From an uncultured delta proteobacterium (GTDB lineage Bacteria > Myxococcota_A > Polyangia > Polyangiales > JAFGIB01): DNA of 64,000 nt. The stretch covers positions 64,001-128,000 of the forward strand of contig CAVZVA010000003.1 of the NCBI GenBank assembly GCA_963778655.1, written 5' to 3'. Each line of letters starts with the position of its first letter. Within the stretch, counting starts at the first letter, position 1. The translations under genes were made by a program, and so were the position numbers. A model generated the notes under the pieces. That model had not been told where the DNA came from. It worked only from the letters and a program-made list of their open reading frames with translations, and made no database searches. This document shows positions 1 through 10,178 of the stretch, piece by piece.

Positions 1-2169
1 CGCAGGCTGTCACCTGGGCAGCGCGGCAAGGTTCCGGTGATCTTGCAGCTCACACCGACCGATTGCGGCGCGGCGTGTCTGGCGATGGCGCTCGAGCACC
101 ACGGCAAACGACTGCCGATCGAAGAGGTGCGCAGCGCGGTCGCCAGCGGGCGCGGCGGTGTGAGCGCGCGGCGCATCCTGGAGGCCGCACGGTCGCTCGG
201 GTTGCGTGCGCGCGGTGCCAAGCTCGAGCCCGACAAGCTGTGCTACTTGCCCGCGGGCACGATTCTGCACTGGGAGATGAACCACTTCGTCGTGCTCGAA
301 TCGGCGCAAAGAGACGCCATTCGCGTGATCGATCCGGCGGTCGGTCCGCGCCGGATCGCCATCGCCGATGTCGCGCGCATGTTCACGGGAGTCGCGCTGG
401 TGCTCGACCCAAGCCTCGAGTTCGTCGCGGAGGACCGCCGGCCCAAAACGCGCCGTGCACGCTATCTGCGCTGGATCTTCGGCGTCCGCGGCTATTGGCC
501 GCGCGTGCTCGTCGCGTCGCTGCTCTTGCAGCTGGTCGCGCTGGCGATGCCGGGCGTGATGGGAGTGACCGTCGACAAGATCGTGCCCCGTCAGGACTTC
601 CACCTGCTGGGGTTGGTCGGCGCCGGCTTGCTGATGGTCGTGTCTTTTCACTTCGTCGCAGGCTTTTTGCGCAGCCACCTGTTGTTGCACCTGCGCACGT
701 ACATCGATCTCAACATGACGATGGAGTTCCTCGAGCACTTGTTGGATCTGCCGTACGCGTTCTTTCAGCAACGCTCCGCGGGCGACATCCTGATGCGGCT
801 GGGCAGCGGCGCACAGATTCGCGAGCTGCTCACCTCCGGGGCGATGGCGGCGATGCTCGACGGTGTGATGGTCGTCCTGTACTTCGTGCTGTTGGTCGTG
901 GTCGCGCCACCCATCGCAGCGGTCGCGCTCGGCATCGCGCTCGCGCAGGCCCTGGTCTACTGGCGCGCCGGACGCATGCATGCCGAGCTGATGGCGGAGC
1001 AGCTTGCGAACCAAGCCAAGCTCTCGGGCTTCCAAGTCGAGATGCTGGCCGGGATGGAGTCGATCAAATCGATGGGCGCCGAGCAGCGCATGGGCTCGCG
1101 CTGGACCGATCTCTACGTCGATGTGCTCAACACCTCGCTCGCGAAGAGCCGGCTGATGACGAACTTCGGCGCGTTGGTCGGCAGTCTCGGTTTCGCCGGT
1201 CCGGTCGCGATCGTGCTGCTCGGCGCCAAGCTCGTGCTCGACGGCGGTCTGTCGCTGGGCAGCATGCTGGCGCTGTCCGCGCTCGCGTCGGGGTTTCTGG
1301 GGCCGGTGGGCACGCTGGTGAACACGGCCATGCAGCTGCAGCTGTTGTCGGGCTACATGGCGCGGATCGAGGACGTGCTCGACACCAAGACCGAGCGCAA
1401 GCGGGACGCTCAAGGGCGCGGGAAGCCGCTCGAAGGCCGTATCGAGCTCAGCCGCGTCGCATTTCGCTACGAGGCGCAAGGCCCGCTCGTGCTCGACGAC
1501 ATCAGTTTTCGCATCGAGCCGGGCGAGTTCGTCGCAATCGTCGGCGCGTCGGGCTCGGGCAAGTCCACGCTAGCCCGACTGCTGGCTGCGCTCTATCGAC
1601 CGCTGTCTGGGCAAGTCTCGTTCGACAGCGTCGACGCGACACACTGGGACCCGCCCGCGCTGCGCAAGCAGCTCGGCATGGTGACGCAGGACACGCGGCT
1701 ATTCGCGGCCTCGGTGCGTGACAACATCGCGATGCTCGATCCCGAAGTGCCGCTCGAGCGGGTCGAGGCTGCGGCACGCATCGCACACATCCACGACGAC
1801 ATCATGACGCTTCCGATGGGCTACGACAGCGTGCTCTCCGACGGCGGCGCCTCGCTCTCGGGCGGCCAGCGCCAACGTCTCGCGCTCGCACGCGCGCTGC
1901 TACACGAGCCCGCGGTGGTGGTTCTGGACGAAGCCACGAGCGCGCTGGACACCATCACCGAGAAGCGCATTCAGGAACGACTCGCACAGCTACGCAGCAC
2001 GCGCGTGGTGATCGCGCATCGCCTGAGCACCGTAGTCGACGCGGACCGTATCGTCGTGCTCGAGGGCGGCCGGCTGGTGGGCATGGGCCGCCACCCCGAG
2101 CTGCTGGCGAGCTGCGAGCCCTACCGGCTGCTGGTCGAGGCCCAGGCGCGGGGCGTGAGCGGAGCGTGA
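1..2169 (+). CDS. Peptidase C39 domain-containing ABC transporter (PCAT), probably 5'-truncated by the window edge
   Basis: Frame is open from base 1. C39 motifs QLTPTDCGAACLAM, LHWEMNHFVV and IDP; TM domain; Walker A GASGSGKST; signature LSGGQRQR; Walker B VVVLDEATS. Confidence 0.93.
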   Translation, partial: RRLSPGQRGKVPVILQLTPTDCGAACLAMALEHHGKRLPIEEVRSAVASGRGGVSARRILEAARSLGLRARGAKLEPDKLCYLPAGTILHWEMNHFVVLESAQRDAIRVIDPAVGPRRIAIADVARMFTGVALVLDPSLEFVAEDRRPKTRRARYLRWIFGVRGYWPRVLVASLLLQLVALAMPGVMGVTVDKIVPRQDFHLLGLVGAGLLMVVSFHFVAGFLRSHLLLHLRTYIDLNMTMEFLEHLLDLPYAFFQQRSAGDILMRLGSGAQIRELLTSGAMAAMLDGVMVVLYFVLLVVVAPPIAAVALGIALAQALVYWRAGRMHAELMAEQLANQAKLSGFQVEMLAGMESIKSMGAEQRMGSRWTDLYVDVLNTSLAKSRLMTNFGALVGSLGFAGPVAIVLLGAKLVLDGGLSLGSMLALSALASGFLGPVGTLVNTAMQLQLLSGYMARIEDVLDTKTERKRDAQGRGKPLEGRIELSRVAFRYEAQGPLVLDDISFRIEPGEFVAIVGASGSGKSTLARLLAALYRPLSGQVSFDSVDATHWDPPALRKQLGMVTQDTRLFAASVRDNIAMLDPEVPLERVEAAARIAHIHDDIMTLPMGYDSVLSDGGASLSGGQRQRLALARALLHEPAVVVLDEATSALDTITEKRIQERLAQLRSTRVVIAHRLSTVVDADRIVVLEGGRLVGMGRHPELLASCEPYRLLVEAQARGVSGA

Positions 2170-2493
2170 GAAGCCGGCGCAGGTCGAGCTGCTTCGACGC
2201 GGCGCTCTGCGCCGTCTGCGCCGCGGGCCCGCCGCGCGGGGTCCATTGCGCAGAACGCGCATTGTGTCACGCACGCTGGAAGTGGGCTTGCTTGGCTAGG
2301 GGGTTTGTGGCGCCTACGCTCCTCTGCGGTGTTTCATGGACTATCTCGAGCAAGCAGCTGAATGTACCGAGGCCGCGGCGTGCGACACCGACAAGCTCGC
2401 GGTGTGTGGTGCGCCCTTCTGCTGGCTCGACCCGCCCTGCGGGAGGCGAGCAGACGGTCACTTCTTTCGGCGCTATGCTTCGTGCTGGGGTGC

Positions 2494-3706
2494 ATGACTT
2501 GCATCGGACAGACGAGCACGGCGTTCGCGCTGGCATTCGTCGTCGCGGCTTGCTCGAGCCAGCCGGACTCGAGCGCCGGTTCAGCGGCGGTCACCAGCAG
2601 CACGGATGCGGGTAACCCAGCCGACGACAGCGCGGTCTATGGCGGCGCGGCCGCATTGGGCGACAATTGTCTGTCCGGCCCTGCCTCGGCGGCGACCGTC
2701 ATGTGCGATGCATCGAAGGTTTCGTCGATCCCCTGGAGCAGCGACGTCACGGTCATGCAAGGTACGGGCAAGCCACCATCTCCTGCTGGCGGACCAGCCA
2801 CTCAACCTGGATTCACCGCACGTCGGCGATACCGTGCGGCGCGTGCTGAGTGTTGAAAACGGCTCGGTCGACGAGAGCTACCAGACCCTCAACTCCAGCA
2901 GTGGAACCGGATGCAAGATTCTCACACCCCAGCCGATCTGTCTCACCAATATCACCGGTCTTCGCGATCACGTGTCCTACACGGCGCGAGGCGATCATCT
3001 CTCGCTCATCGAGTTGCAGCCGTACGCGGACTTCGCGAGCGGCCAGATCCTCGGCTCGTTCACCATCGTGGACAACTTCGTCCTCGCCTCGGACGCCAGC
3101 TCGAGCGTACCGACGCCGGCGAGCGGCGGCGGCTTGGAACCGCTGGCGTCGACCGAACGCGATCCTCGCTGTCCGCCCACGCCACCGTCCGACGGCGATC
3201 CGTGCTCGCCGGATCCGGCTCCTCTCGAGTGCGAATACGGCGGCGATGCCTGGGGACGCTGCACGACGTCCGCAGCGTGCGCGCTGGGCCTGGACGGGAC
3301 GTTCCGGTTCGCGCTCGCCGCATCCTCGAGCTGTACGCTGCCGAATCCCTCGGCGTGCCCGAATACGTTCACGGAAGCGACGGCTGTCGCCACGGCGGCG
3401 AGCAGCAGCATCTCCGATGCCACGTGCAACTACCCCGAGGGCGTTTGCGGATGCGGACCGAGGACCGGTCCAGGTTTCTTGGCAGCATGTGCTTGGACGT
3501 GTCGCGCCGTGACCAGCGTCGTCAATGGACGCACCCAGGCTGCGTGTCCCTGGCCCCGCCCGCTCGCCGGCGATCCGTGCTCGTCGGGCGACGAGTGCGC
3601 CTACGACCAACCGTGCGGTGCTGCAACCTCTCTGGGGCCCGATCTCGTCTGTCAGAGCGGGCATTGGGCCATCACAAACGGCATTTGGTTTGGCTGCGGG
3701 CCGTGA
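2494..3706 (+). pseudogene. Cys-rich myxobacterial-type lipoprotein split by a frameshift near 2800-2820
   Basis: One frame gives a signal peptide and lipobox (AFALAFVVAAC). The protein-like Cys-rich remainder (CPPTPPSDGDPC, CNYPEGVCGC, CPWPRPLAGDPC) is in the next frame (ORF 2606-3706). Confidence 0.55.
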
Positions 3707-3769
3707 CGTCGTTTGTGCTCGAATCGCCGAGCTACGCCAGCGCGGGATTTTGGTGGTGGGTATCGGGAG

Positions 3770-4381
3770 ATGGACCGGGCGATCGATCCCCTCAAGCGCG
3801 TCATCGAGCAGTCCGATTTCGAGGCCGATGAGTTCGTCGACCAGAACTGGTCGGCGCTCGAGCTCGGCTCCAAGAGCTTTCGCGATTGCACGTTCCGCAA
3901 CCTCGCGGCCAGCGAGGTCGACCTTCGCGGAACCTTGTTCGAGGACTGTCGCTTCGAGGGTTCGGACCTGACCATGGCGAAGGTCCAGCAGGCCAGCTTT
4001 CGCGACGTTGAGTTCGACAGCTGCAAGCTGATGGGCATCGACTGGTCGGACGTCCGGGGGCTGACCTTTTCGGTGTCGTTCACGAACTGCGTCCTCAGCC
4101 ACAGCTCGTTCATCAACCAGCGCATGCGCAAGACGAAGTTCATCCGCTGCAAGGCCCACGAGACCAACTTCGCCGGTGTGGATCTGACCGGTTCCGACTT
4201 CACCGGTACGGACCTCGAGGGCGCGCGGTTCGTCGGAACCAACTTGACCGAGGCGGATCTGTCGGAAGCGACCAACTACAAGATCAATCCCGATGACAAC
4301 GTGCTCCGCAAGACGCGCTACTCGCTGGAGGCGGCGCTGGCGCTGGCATCACGCCTCGGCGTGATCGTCGGACCGCGCTGA
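3770..4381 (+). CDS. Pentapeptide repeat protein
   Basis: Tandem A(D/N)LXX-like pentapeptides (VDLRG TLFED CRFEG SDLTM; VDLTG SDFTG TDLEG ARFVG TNLTE ADLSE). Confidence 0.92.
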   Translation: MDRAIDPLKRVIEQSDFEADEFVDQNWSALELGSKSFRDCTFRNLAASEVDLRGTLFEDCRFEGSDLTMAKVQQASFRDVEFDSCKLMGIDWSDVRGLTFSVSFTNCVLSHSSFINQRMRKTKFIRCKAHETNFAGVDLTGSDFTGTDLEGARFVGTNLTEADLSEATNYKINPDDNVLRKTRYSLEAALALASRLGVIVGPR

Positions 4382-4537
4382 GAATGCGAGCGGCGCGGGC
4401 AGCGCGGCCGGCGGCTGCAGCGCTGCCGCGATGCGCGCCAGTTGCGTCCACGTCGCGTGCGACACGGGCACGCCGTGCACGCGATACGGGCGACTGGTTC
4501 CGGAGCAAGTGGTTGCGCGTCGGCACGGCTCGTGGCT

Positions 4538-5476
4538 TCACCTTGCGTGGCCTCGAGAGGCCCGGCTCGGGTCCGCCGTTTCACGCCCGGCGCGCACCTG
4601 GAGGGCGCCGGGGCGCACCCTAAAGTCGAGGGCGAGGACCGGCGGCCGGCCCTCGCCGTCCAGCTCGTATGGGCGAGGGGTCGTGGTTCGCACGGCGACC
4701 GTGCGACCGCGGTGCCTCACCACGAGATTCGACCGCTGCGGGAGACCGCGCACAAGCCGCCAGAGCACCGAGGCCCATTCGTTCGAGCTCCGCGCGGAGA
4801 GCACCGCCACGTCTAGGATGCCGTCGTCGGGTCGTGCATCGGGGAAAACCTCGAGCCCACCCGTGACGGCGCCGCAGTTGCCGACGAGCACCATCGCGGT
4901 CCGGCCGTCGAACACGGTCGTGCCATCCACGTCCACCCTGGTCGACGTGAGGCGCGCCGGCAGGTTCCGCACCGCCGATGCGACGTAAGCAAGGCTGCCG
5001 AACCAGCTCTTGGTGGTGGGGTTCGCGTCGCGGATCATGAGGGCGTCGAGCCCACTGCCGGCCATCACCGCGAACGACTCGCCGTTCACCTCGCCGAGGT
5101 CGATGCGGCGAACAGGCCCCGCCACCGCGAGCTCGACGGCGTCCAGTCCGCCGGGCAGCCCGAGGTTGGCGGCCAGCAGGTTGCCGGTGCCGAGGGCTAC
5201 GACACCGAGCACGGTGTCGGTGCCCGCGAGCGGTGCAAGACACGCGCGCACGGTGCCGTCACCGCCACAGGCGACGACGGTCGTCGCGCCGGACGCCACG
5301 GCGTTGGCAGCCTGGCCCGCGCCGGGGTCAGCCTCGGTGGTCTCACGCCACTCGACGGGACGACCGAGGTCGTTAAATGCGGCGCGCAGATCCTTCGCGG
5401 AGACCGCGCTCCCGCTGGCTGGGTTGACGATCGCGACGGTGACGCTCTCGTCGTGGCGGCCGTCGCCCGCGTCCAT
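4538..5476 (-). CDS. Diacylglycerol/lipid kinase family protein (YegS/DAGK-like)
   Basis: IVNPASG, ACGGDGTV, LGTGNLLA, AGSGLDA, PDDGILDV and ELDGE motifs. Start uncertain. Confidence 0.9.
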   Translation of the reverse strand: MDAGDGRHDESVTVAIVNPASGSAVSAKDLRAAFNDLGRPVEWRETTEADPGAGQAANAVASGATTVVACGGDGTVRACLAPLAGTDTVLGVVALGTGNLLAANLGLPGGLDAVELAVAGPVRRIDLGEVNGESFAVMAGSGLDALMIRDANPTTKSWFGSLAYVASAVRNLPARLTSTRVDVDGTTVFDGRTAMVLVGNCGAVTGGLEVFPDARPDDGILDVAVLSARSSNEWASVLWRLVRGLPQRSNLVVRHRGRTVAVRTTTPRPYELDGEGRPPVLALDFRVRPGALQVRAGRETADPSRASRGHAR

Positions 5477-6130
5477 CGAAGACGCGTTCGCCCCGCGCCC
5501 GAGTGTAGGCGGCATGATCCTCCCCGGCCCGCCGAGGCGAGTTGACGCCACGACCCTAGGACGAAATTGATCCTGCACCGCCGCGTTCACGCGGCAATCT
5601 TCTCACGGTTCCCGGTGACTTCGAAGCCGACGCCGCCGATCTGCAGGTCCGAGAGGGCTCGCGCCAGGGGCTGGGCCGCCGTCAGGGTCACGTGACTCGC
5701 AGCGCAGTCCGCACGCGCGCCCAACGCCGGTAGGCCCACAGGTCCTCTGGCGCGGCGCGGTGTACCGAGCTAGCCCATGCGGGCGTCTCAAGACGCCCTC
5801 GGCGCGCCGCGCGTCTGGAACGCTCTTCATGCGCACCCACGCGGAATCGTGTCGCAATTGCTCGTTCTCGTTTTGGCACACGACGGCGTAGCGAGCTCAG
5901 GACAGCAGGTCTTGTTGGGCGCCGCCGAGGCGCAGGCGCCGGACCGAACCTCTCTGCGCGAGAACCGGGAGATCTCCGGAGCGCCCGACGCCGTGGCAGC
6001 GGCGGGACCATCGGGAAGGCGATGAGCCGGCCGAGGTGGCGTTTTCGCTAGGCTGACGAGCCGTGACCGCGCATTGCAGCGTCGCGAGACCGACCACCTG
6101 GCAGGACTCCCGCGACTGCAAAGCCGCCAT

Positions 6131-7259
6131 TCACACTCTGCTCGAAGCGCCGGTGACGCGGTGGAGCACCGCGTGGGCATCGGCCGGGGAGGGTTCGAGG
6201 TGGGACCGCCAGACCACGTGTTGGTCGGGACGTACGAGGAGAAGCTCAAACCCGTCATACGCGTTGGCTGCCTCGTTCGCATCGAGCTCGACGACGGTGA
6301 AGGGCAGCGTCCGCGTCGCGGCTTCGTCGATGAGGGCGGCGCCGGATCGTCCGCTGTTGCGGAGGCGAATCAGGGTAAAGCCGAACCCGAGCCGGTCATA
6401 GATCGACGAGCCGTCGGCCAGCCAGCGGTGGGGCAACCGCACGCCGGGCCAGGACGTTTCGATGTACTGCTCGACGCTCAACGTGGGCGTTGGCGTCAGT
6501 GCGTCGTGGCAGATGACAGGTGACTCTGCGTAGAAGTAGCCGAGCTGGAACCCGGTGCACTCGAACTCGCTGAGCATGTCAGCACGGAGCTGCTCGCCGA
6601 GAGCGCAGCGCGCGTCCTGACTGCCCTCCAGCTCGCTGAGCCGCTCGGGCGTACCGGCCATCAGCGCTGCGTTGCGGATGGCCCACGTGACGGCTTGGCT
6701 GGCGATGGCCGCACCGATCGGCGCGCGCTCGGTCTGGTAGGTGTAAAGGAGCTCGTCGCCGGCCCAGCCCTGTCGGACACCGGCGAGGCGAAAGCTCAGC
6801 GAAATTGCGTCGGCGATGCCGGCGTTCATGCCGAAGCCGCCCGTGGGGACCCAGAGATGGGCCGCGTCGCCTGCGAGGAACACGTTACGGTCACGCCACT
6901 TGCTGGCGACCATGGCGCGGGGCGTCCAGCGGGACCGTTCGATGATCTCATAGTCGAACGGCTCCCCGATGGCCTCGAACATGGCGGGCTCGGGGTTCCA
7001 GCTCGTAGGATCCTCGCCCGCGGGTACGGGAAGGTGCAGCAGCCATCGGTCTGCGCCATCGATGGCGATGAGAACGCGCGGGTGGATGCTGCGCTTCCTC
7101 CATCGATCTCGCGTTCGTGGTGTTGCAGCGAGGGTTCGAAGGGATGTCGCAGCGGCGTTCAACGACAATCGAAGGGATGTCCCAGCGCGCCAGGTCCATG
7201 GCCAGCGTCGTTCCGACCGGCCCGGCGCCGGCGATGATCACAGGGGCATCGAGGGTCAC
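6131..7259 (-). pseudogene. FAD-dependent aromatic monooxygenase with internal deletion and frameshift
   Basis: GTG start overlaps the upstream stop. The N-terminal Rossmann motif IIAGAGPVG...NARSMEE is in one frame; near 7095 it switches to another frame carrying VFLAGDAAH, GGFGMNAGIADA and LVRPDQHVVWR. The middle part with the DG motif is missing. Confidence 0.8.
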
Positions 7260-8218
7260 GCGAGCGCCTTCGTGCACTCGACGAGGATCGAGGTGAACAG
7301 CGCCGGGTCCTGTGCGTGCAAGGAGTGGCCCATGCTTGGCAACGACCGATACTCGAAGCGTTGGCCCGCGCCTTCGATCAGCTCTCGGACACGCTCGCAC
7401 GCAATGTCGGAGAGAGCTCCGATCAGGTGACCGGTCTTCTTGTCGACCGTGCGGAAGTGGTGCGTGAGCAGCACGGGCACCTTGACCGCCGCGAGCATGC
7501 GCGCGTGGCTGCAGCTCGCGGCTACGCTGCCCGACCAGAACGCCCGCGCCCACTCGGGATCGTATTCTTTGAGGTTCTGCGGCGGTTCGGGGGCAGGTTC
7601 CCTCGCGGTGTAGAGAGCAGCCAGCCACGGCGGCAGCTCCCGCGGTGCGGCGGCTACCATGCCTTCCCAGTCACCGATGCTCCACTGGTCACCCAGGTAC
7701 TTGGAGAACAGCGCGAACATCGGTCCAACCGCCTGCCGCAACGACTGGCCGGTCGCCGTGTCGACTTCCGAGCTGAAGAGCGGCGGGTCCTCGTAGAGCG
7801 CCGCAATCACCTGTCCCGGCTTTGCGTAGGCCGACAACCACGCCGATAGCACTCCGCCCGACGACAGCCCGCTCACGAATGTGGGACGACCGATCGCGCC
7901 ATCGATAAAACGCACGAGGTCGTTGCCCATGTTGTCGATCGTGTAGCGGCCGGGCGTGCGGGTGGAACGCCCCTGGCCGCGTAGGTCGACGGCGTAGCAC
8001 TGGAAGTGTTCGCCGAGCACAGGCAGCGCCCTTTCGTAGCCCCACCACGACTCGGTCTGTCCAGGGACCAACAGCAGCGCCGGCTTGTCGTCACCACCGA
8101 CCACGACGTGATTGAGCTCGACCTCGCCCGTATCGAAACACTGTTCCGGAAAGGCGTGCTCGAGGTAGGTGCGGTCCGGCGCGTGAGGGCCGAAGGCGTT
8201 GGCGTATGTGCCCATCAC
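7256..8218 (-). CDS. Alpha/beta hydrolase, zearalenone lactonase ZenA-like
   Basis: Nucleophile elbow GLSSGG. Segments AVDLRGQGRS, GNDLVRFI, AWLSAYA.PGQ, LGDQWSIGDW and PQNLKEYDPEW match my recollection of actinobacterial ZenA. Confidence 0.8.
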   Translation of the reverse strand: MMGTYANAFGPHAPDRTYLEHAFPEQCFDTGEVELNHVVVGGDDKPALLLVPGQTESWWGYERALPVLGEHFQCYAVDLRGQGRSTRTPGRYTIDNMGNDLVRFIDGAIGRPTFVSGLSSGGVLSAWLSAYAKPGQVIAALYEDPPLFSSEVDTATGQSLRQAVGPMFALFSKYLGDQWSIGDWEGMVAAAPRELPPWLAALYTAREPAPEPPQNLKEYDPEWARAFWSGSVAASCSHARMLAAVKVPVLLTHHFRTVDKKTGHLIGALSDIACERVRELIEGAGQRFEYRSLPSMGHSLHAQDPALFTSILVECTKALA

Positions 8219-8886
8219 TTGCTCCGATCGTGTGGCAGTGCGAGCTGCGAAGGCAGTCGTTTGGCGACGGTCGCTTCGGCGATGCGCTCCGGCACGCCCA
8301 GCCCGCGCAGAATGTGGCGCACGACCGCCTCGGCGTGGCTCGGTCCCACGCGGCCCTCGAGCAGGCTACGCATGCCGGCAAGCACGGCGCCTTGCACGAG
8401 ATCCACCGCGGCGCGTTCTTGCTTGTACGAAAAGCTTCCTTTGCGCTTGCCGGCGCGCAGGTCCGAGATGAGGTTCCCGATCGCACGCTCGCTGACGTGC
8501 TCGCTCGTACCCCAACCGCGCAGCACTGCGCGGCCCCACGTCGGATCGCGCTGAGCGTGCACGAGAAACGCGCGGCAGCCGATGCTGACCCGCTCGATCG
8601 GGTCACGCACGCTCGCGTACGCCGCGGCCACCGTCTCGTTGAGGCGCTGCGCGAGCAGCCCGTTCGCGGCCTCCACGAGCTGCGCCCGCGTCCGGAAGTA
8701 GTTGTAGAAGGTGCCGTTCGAGACCCCGGCGCGCGCCGCGACTTCGTGTAGCGCCGTGCCATCGATTCCTCGCTCGGCAAACAGCGCGAGCGCGGCCTCG
8801 AGCAAAGCCGCGCGCGTCCGCGCTCGGACCTTGGTCTCGGGACCGTCGACAGGACGCAGCACTGCGCGAGCCTCTCGTGCTGGCAT
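8215..8886 (-). CDS. TetR/AcrR family transcriptional regulator
   Basis: TRAALLEAALALFAERGIDGTALHEVAARAGVSNGTFYNYF HTH. Start placed at ATG 8886. Confidence 0.93.
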   Translation of the reverse strand: MPAREARAVLRPVDGPETKVRARTRAALLEAALALFAERGIDGTALHEVAARAGVSNGTFYNYFRTRAQLVEAANGLLAQRLNETVAAAYASVRDPIERVSIGCRAFLVHAQRDPTWGRAVLRGWGTSEHVSERAIGNLISDLRAGKRKGSFSYKQERAAVDLVQGAVLAGMRSLLEGRVGPSHAEAVVRHILRGLGVPERIAEATVAKRLPSQLALPHDRSK

Positions 8887-8888
8887 GA

Positions 8889-8935
8889 TGAGATTATTGT
8901 CATGAATTGACAACATTCTCAATAGCGGCTAGACG
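8889..8935 (+). promoter_or_regulatory. Inverted-repeat operator overlapping a sigma70-like promoter
   Basis: TGAGATTATTGTCA-tgaat-TGACAACATTCTCA (12/14 symmetric, 8889-8921). TTGACA (8907-8912), 17 bp spacer, TAGACG (8930-8935), between divergent genes. Confidence 0.7.
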
Positions 8936-8941
8936 CAAACC

Positions 8942-10168
8942 ATGCCTTCGGGATCGATCGTGGAGCAGCACAGCCGTTTGGGAGAGCACGAAATGCCCCC
9001 GCGCGCGGGGGAGGCGGAGCTCCTTTCACGTGCCCGGGCGCTGCGCCCCTTGCTCGAAAAGAACGCGGCGCAGTGCGAGCAAGAGCGGCGCATCGCGGAC
9101 GAGAGCCTGCGCGCGCTCGAGGACGCGGGACTTCTGGCAGTGTTGGTGCCGGAGCGCGTCGGGGGCCGTGGCGCGAGCATGGTCACACAGCTGGAAGTCG
9201 CAGCAGAGCTCGGCAAGGGTTGTGCAAGCACGGCCTGGGTACAAACGCTGCTCAACGTTACAGCGTGGGCCGCATCGCTCTTGTCTCCCGCCGCGCAGCG
9301 CGAGGTATTCGAAGGGCTGCGCCCTTCGCGGGTGTGCGGCGTGCTCACGGCTTCAGGTCAGGCCGTGTCCGTGCCCGGCGGCTACCGAGTGAGCGGTACG
9401 TGGGCCTTTGCATCGGGCTGCTTGCACGCGAGCTGGGCGACAGTCGGCGTGATGGTTCCCGGTGACGACCCTGAAAAGAGCGAGCAGGGCCTCGCGTGCA
9501 TGAGGCTGTCCGAGCTGGAGATCAAAGACACCTGGCACGTGGCCGGAATGCGCGGTACCGGCAGTCACACCCTGGTTGCGCGTGAGGTGTTCGTGCCGCA
9601 CCACCGCGTGCTCGGCGGCTCTGCGCGTCATACAGACCCGACCGACGTTCCGTTGCCCGCGGCGCCGTCGGATCGCTGGCCTGTGATCTCCGTGCTGGCG
9701 CTCGTCTTACTCGGCCCGTCGCTCGGCATGGCGGAAGCGATCCTCCAGGCGGTGCTAGCCGGCCTCGGTAAAAGCGGTGTCTCGTACACGCATTACGCGC
9801 GCAAAGCGGACTCGGGGCCGCTGCTGCACGACCTCGGAAGGGCAGCCATGCAGATCGAGAGCGCGCGATTGCTCGTGCTACGCTGCGCGCAGAAGATCGA
9901 CGCAGCCGCGCACGGGCGCGATCCCGATGAGACCGAACGCGCGTGGTTGCGTGGCGCCTGCGGTCATGCGAGCGAGCTCTTGCGCGCAGCGGCGGACTCG
10001 CTCGTGTCGGCGGCCGGCGCGTCGTGCTTCGCCGAGAGCAATCCGATCCAGCGCTTCTGGCGCGACCTGAGCGTGGCCACGCGTCACGCGTTTCTCGCGA
10101 CTTCGCCGAGTTATGAGAGCTACGGCCGCGCGCTCGCCGGACTGCCGCCCGTGTTCCAACTGCTCTGA
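8942..10168 (+). CDS. Flavin-dependent hydroxylase, acyl-CoA dehydrogenase fold (HsaA-like oxygenase component)
   Basis: VPERVGG, CASTAWV, GYRVSGTWAFASGCLHASW, DTWHVAGMRGTGSH, NPIQRFWRD. An alternative start at 8993 has a GGAGAG RBS. Confidence 0.88.
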   Translation: MPSGSIVEQHSRLGEHEMPPRAGEAELLSRARALRPLLEKNAAQCEQERRIADESLRALEDAGLLAVLVPERVGGRGASMVTQLEVAAELGKGCASTAWVQTLLNVTAWAASLLSPAAQREVFEGLRPSRVCGVLTASGQAVSVPGGYRVSGTWAFASGCLHASWATVGVMVPGDDPEKSEQGLACMRLSELEIKDTWHVAGMRGTGSHTLVAREVFVPHHRVLGGSARHTDPTDVPLPAAPSDRWPVISVLALVLLGPSLGMAEAILQAVLAGLGKSGVSYTHYARKADSGPLLHDLGRAAMQIESARLLVLRCAQKIDAAAHGRDPDETERAWLRGACGHASELLRAAADSLVSAAGASCFAESNPIQRFWRDLSVATRHAFLATSPSYESYGRALAGLPPVFQLL

Positions 10169-10178
10169 GGAAATCGCC

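Noticed and set aside
10..1479. Long antisense ORFs (also 39308-40984, 32836-34098, 30002-31231, 59273-60682)
   Set aside because: Shadow frames of well-supported genes, as expected at high GC; no recognisable motifs.
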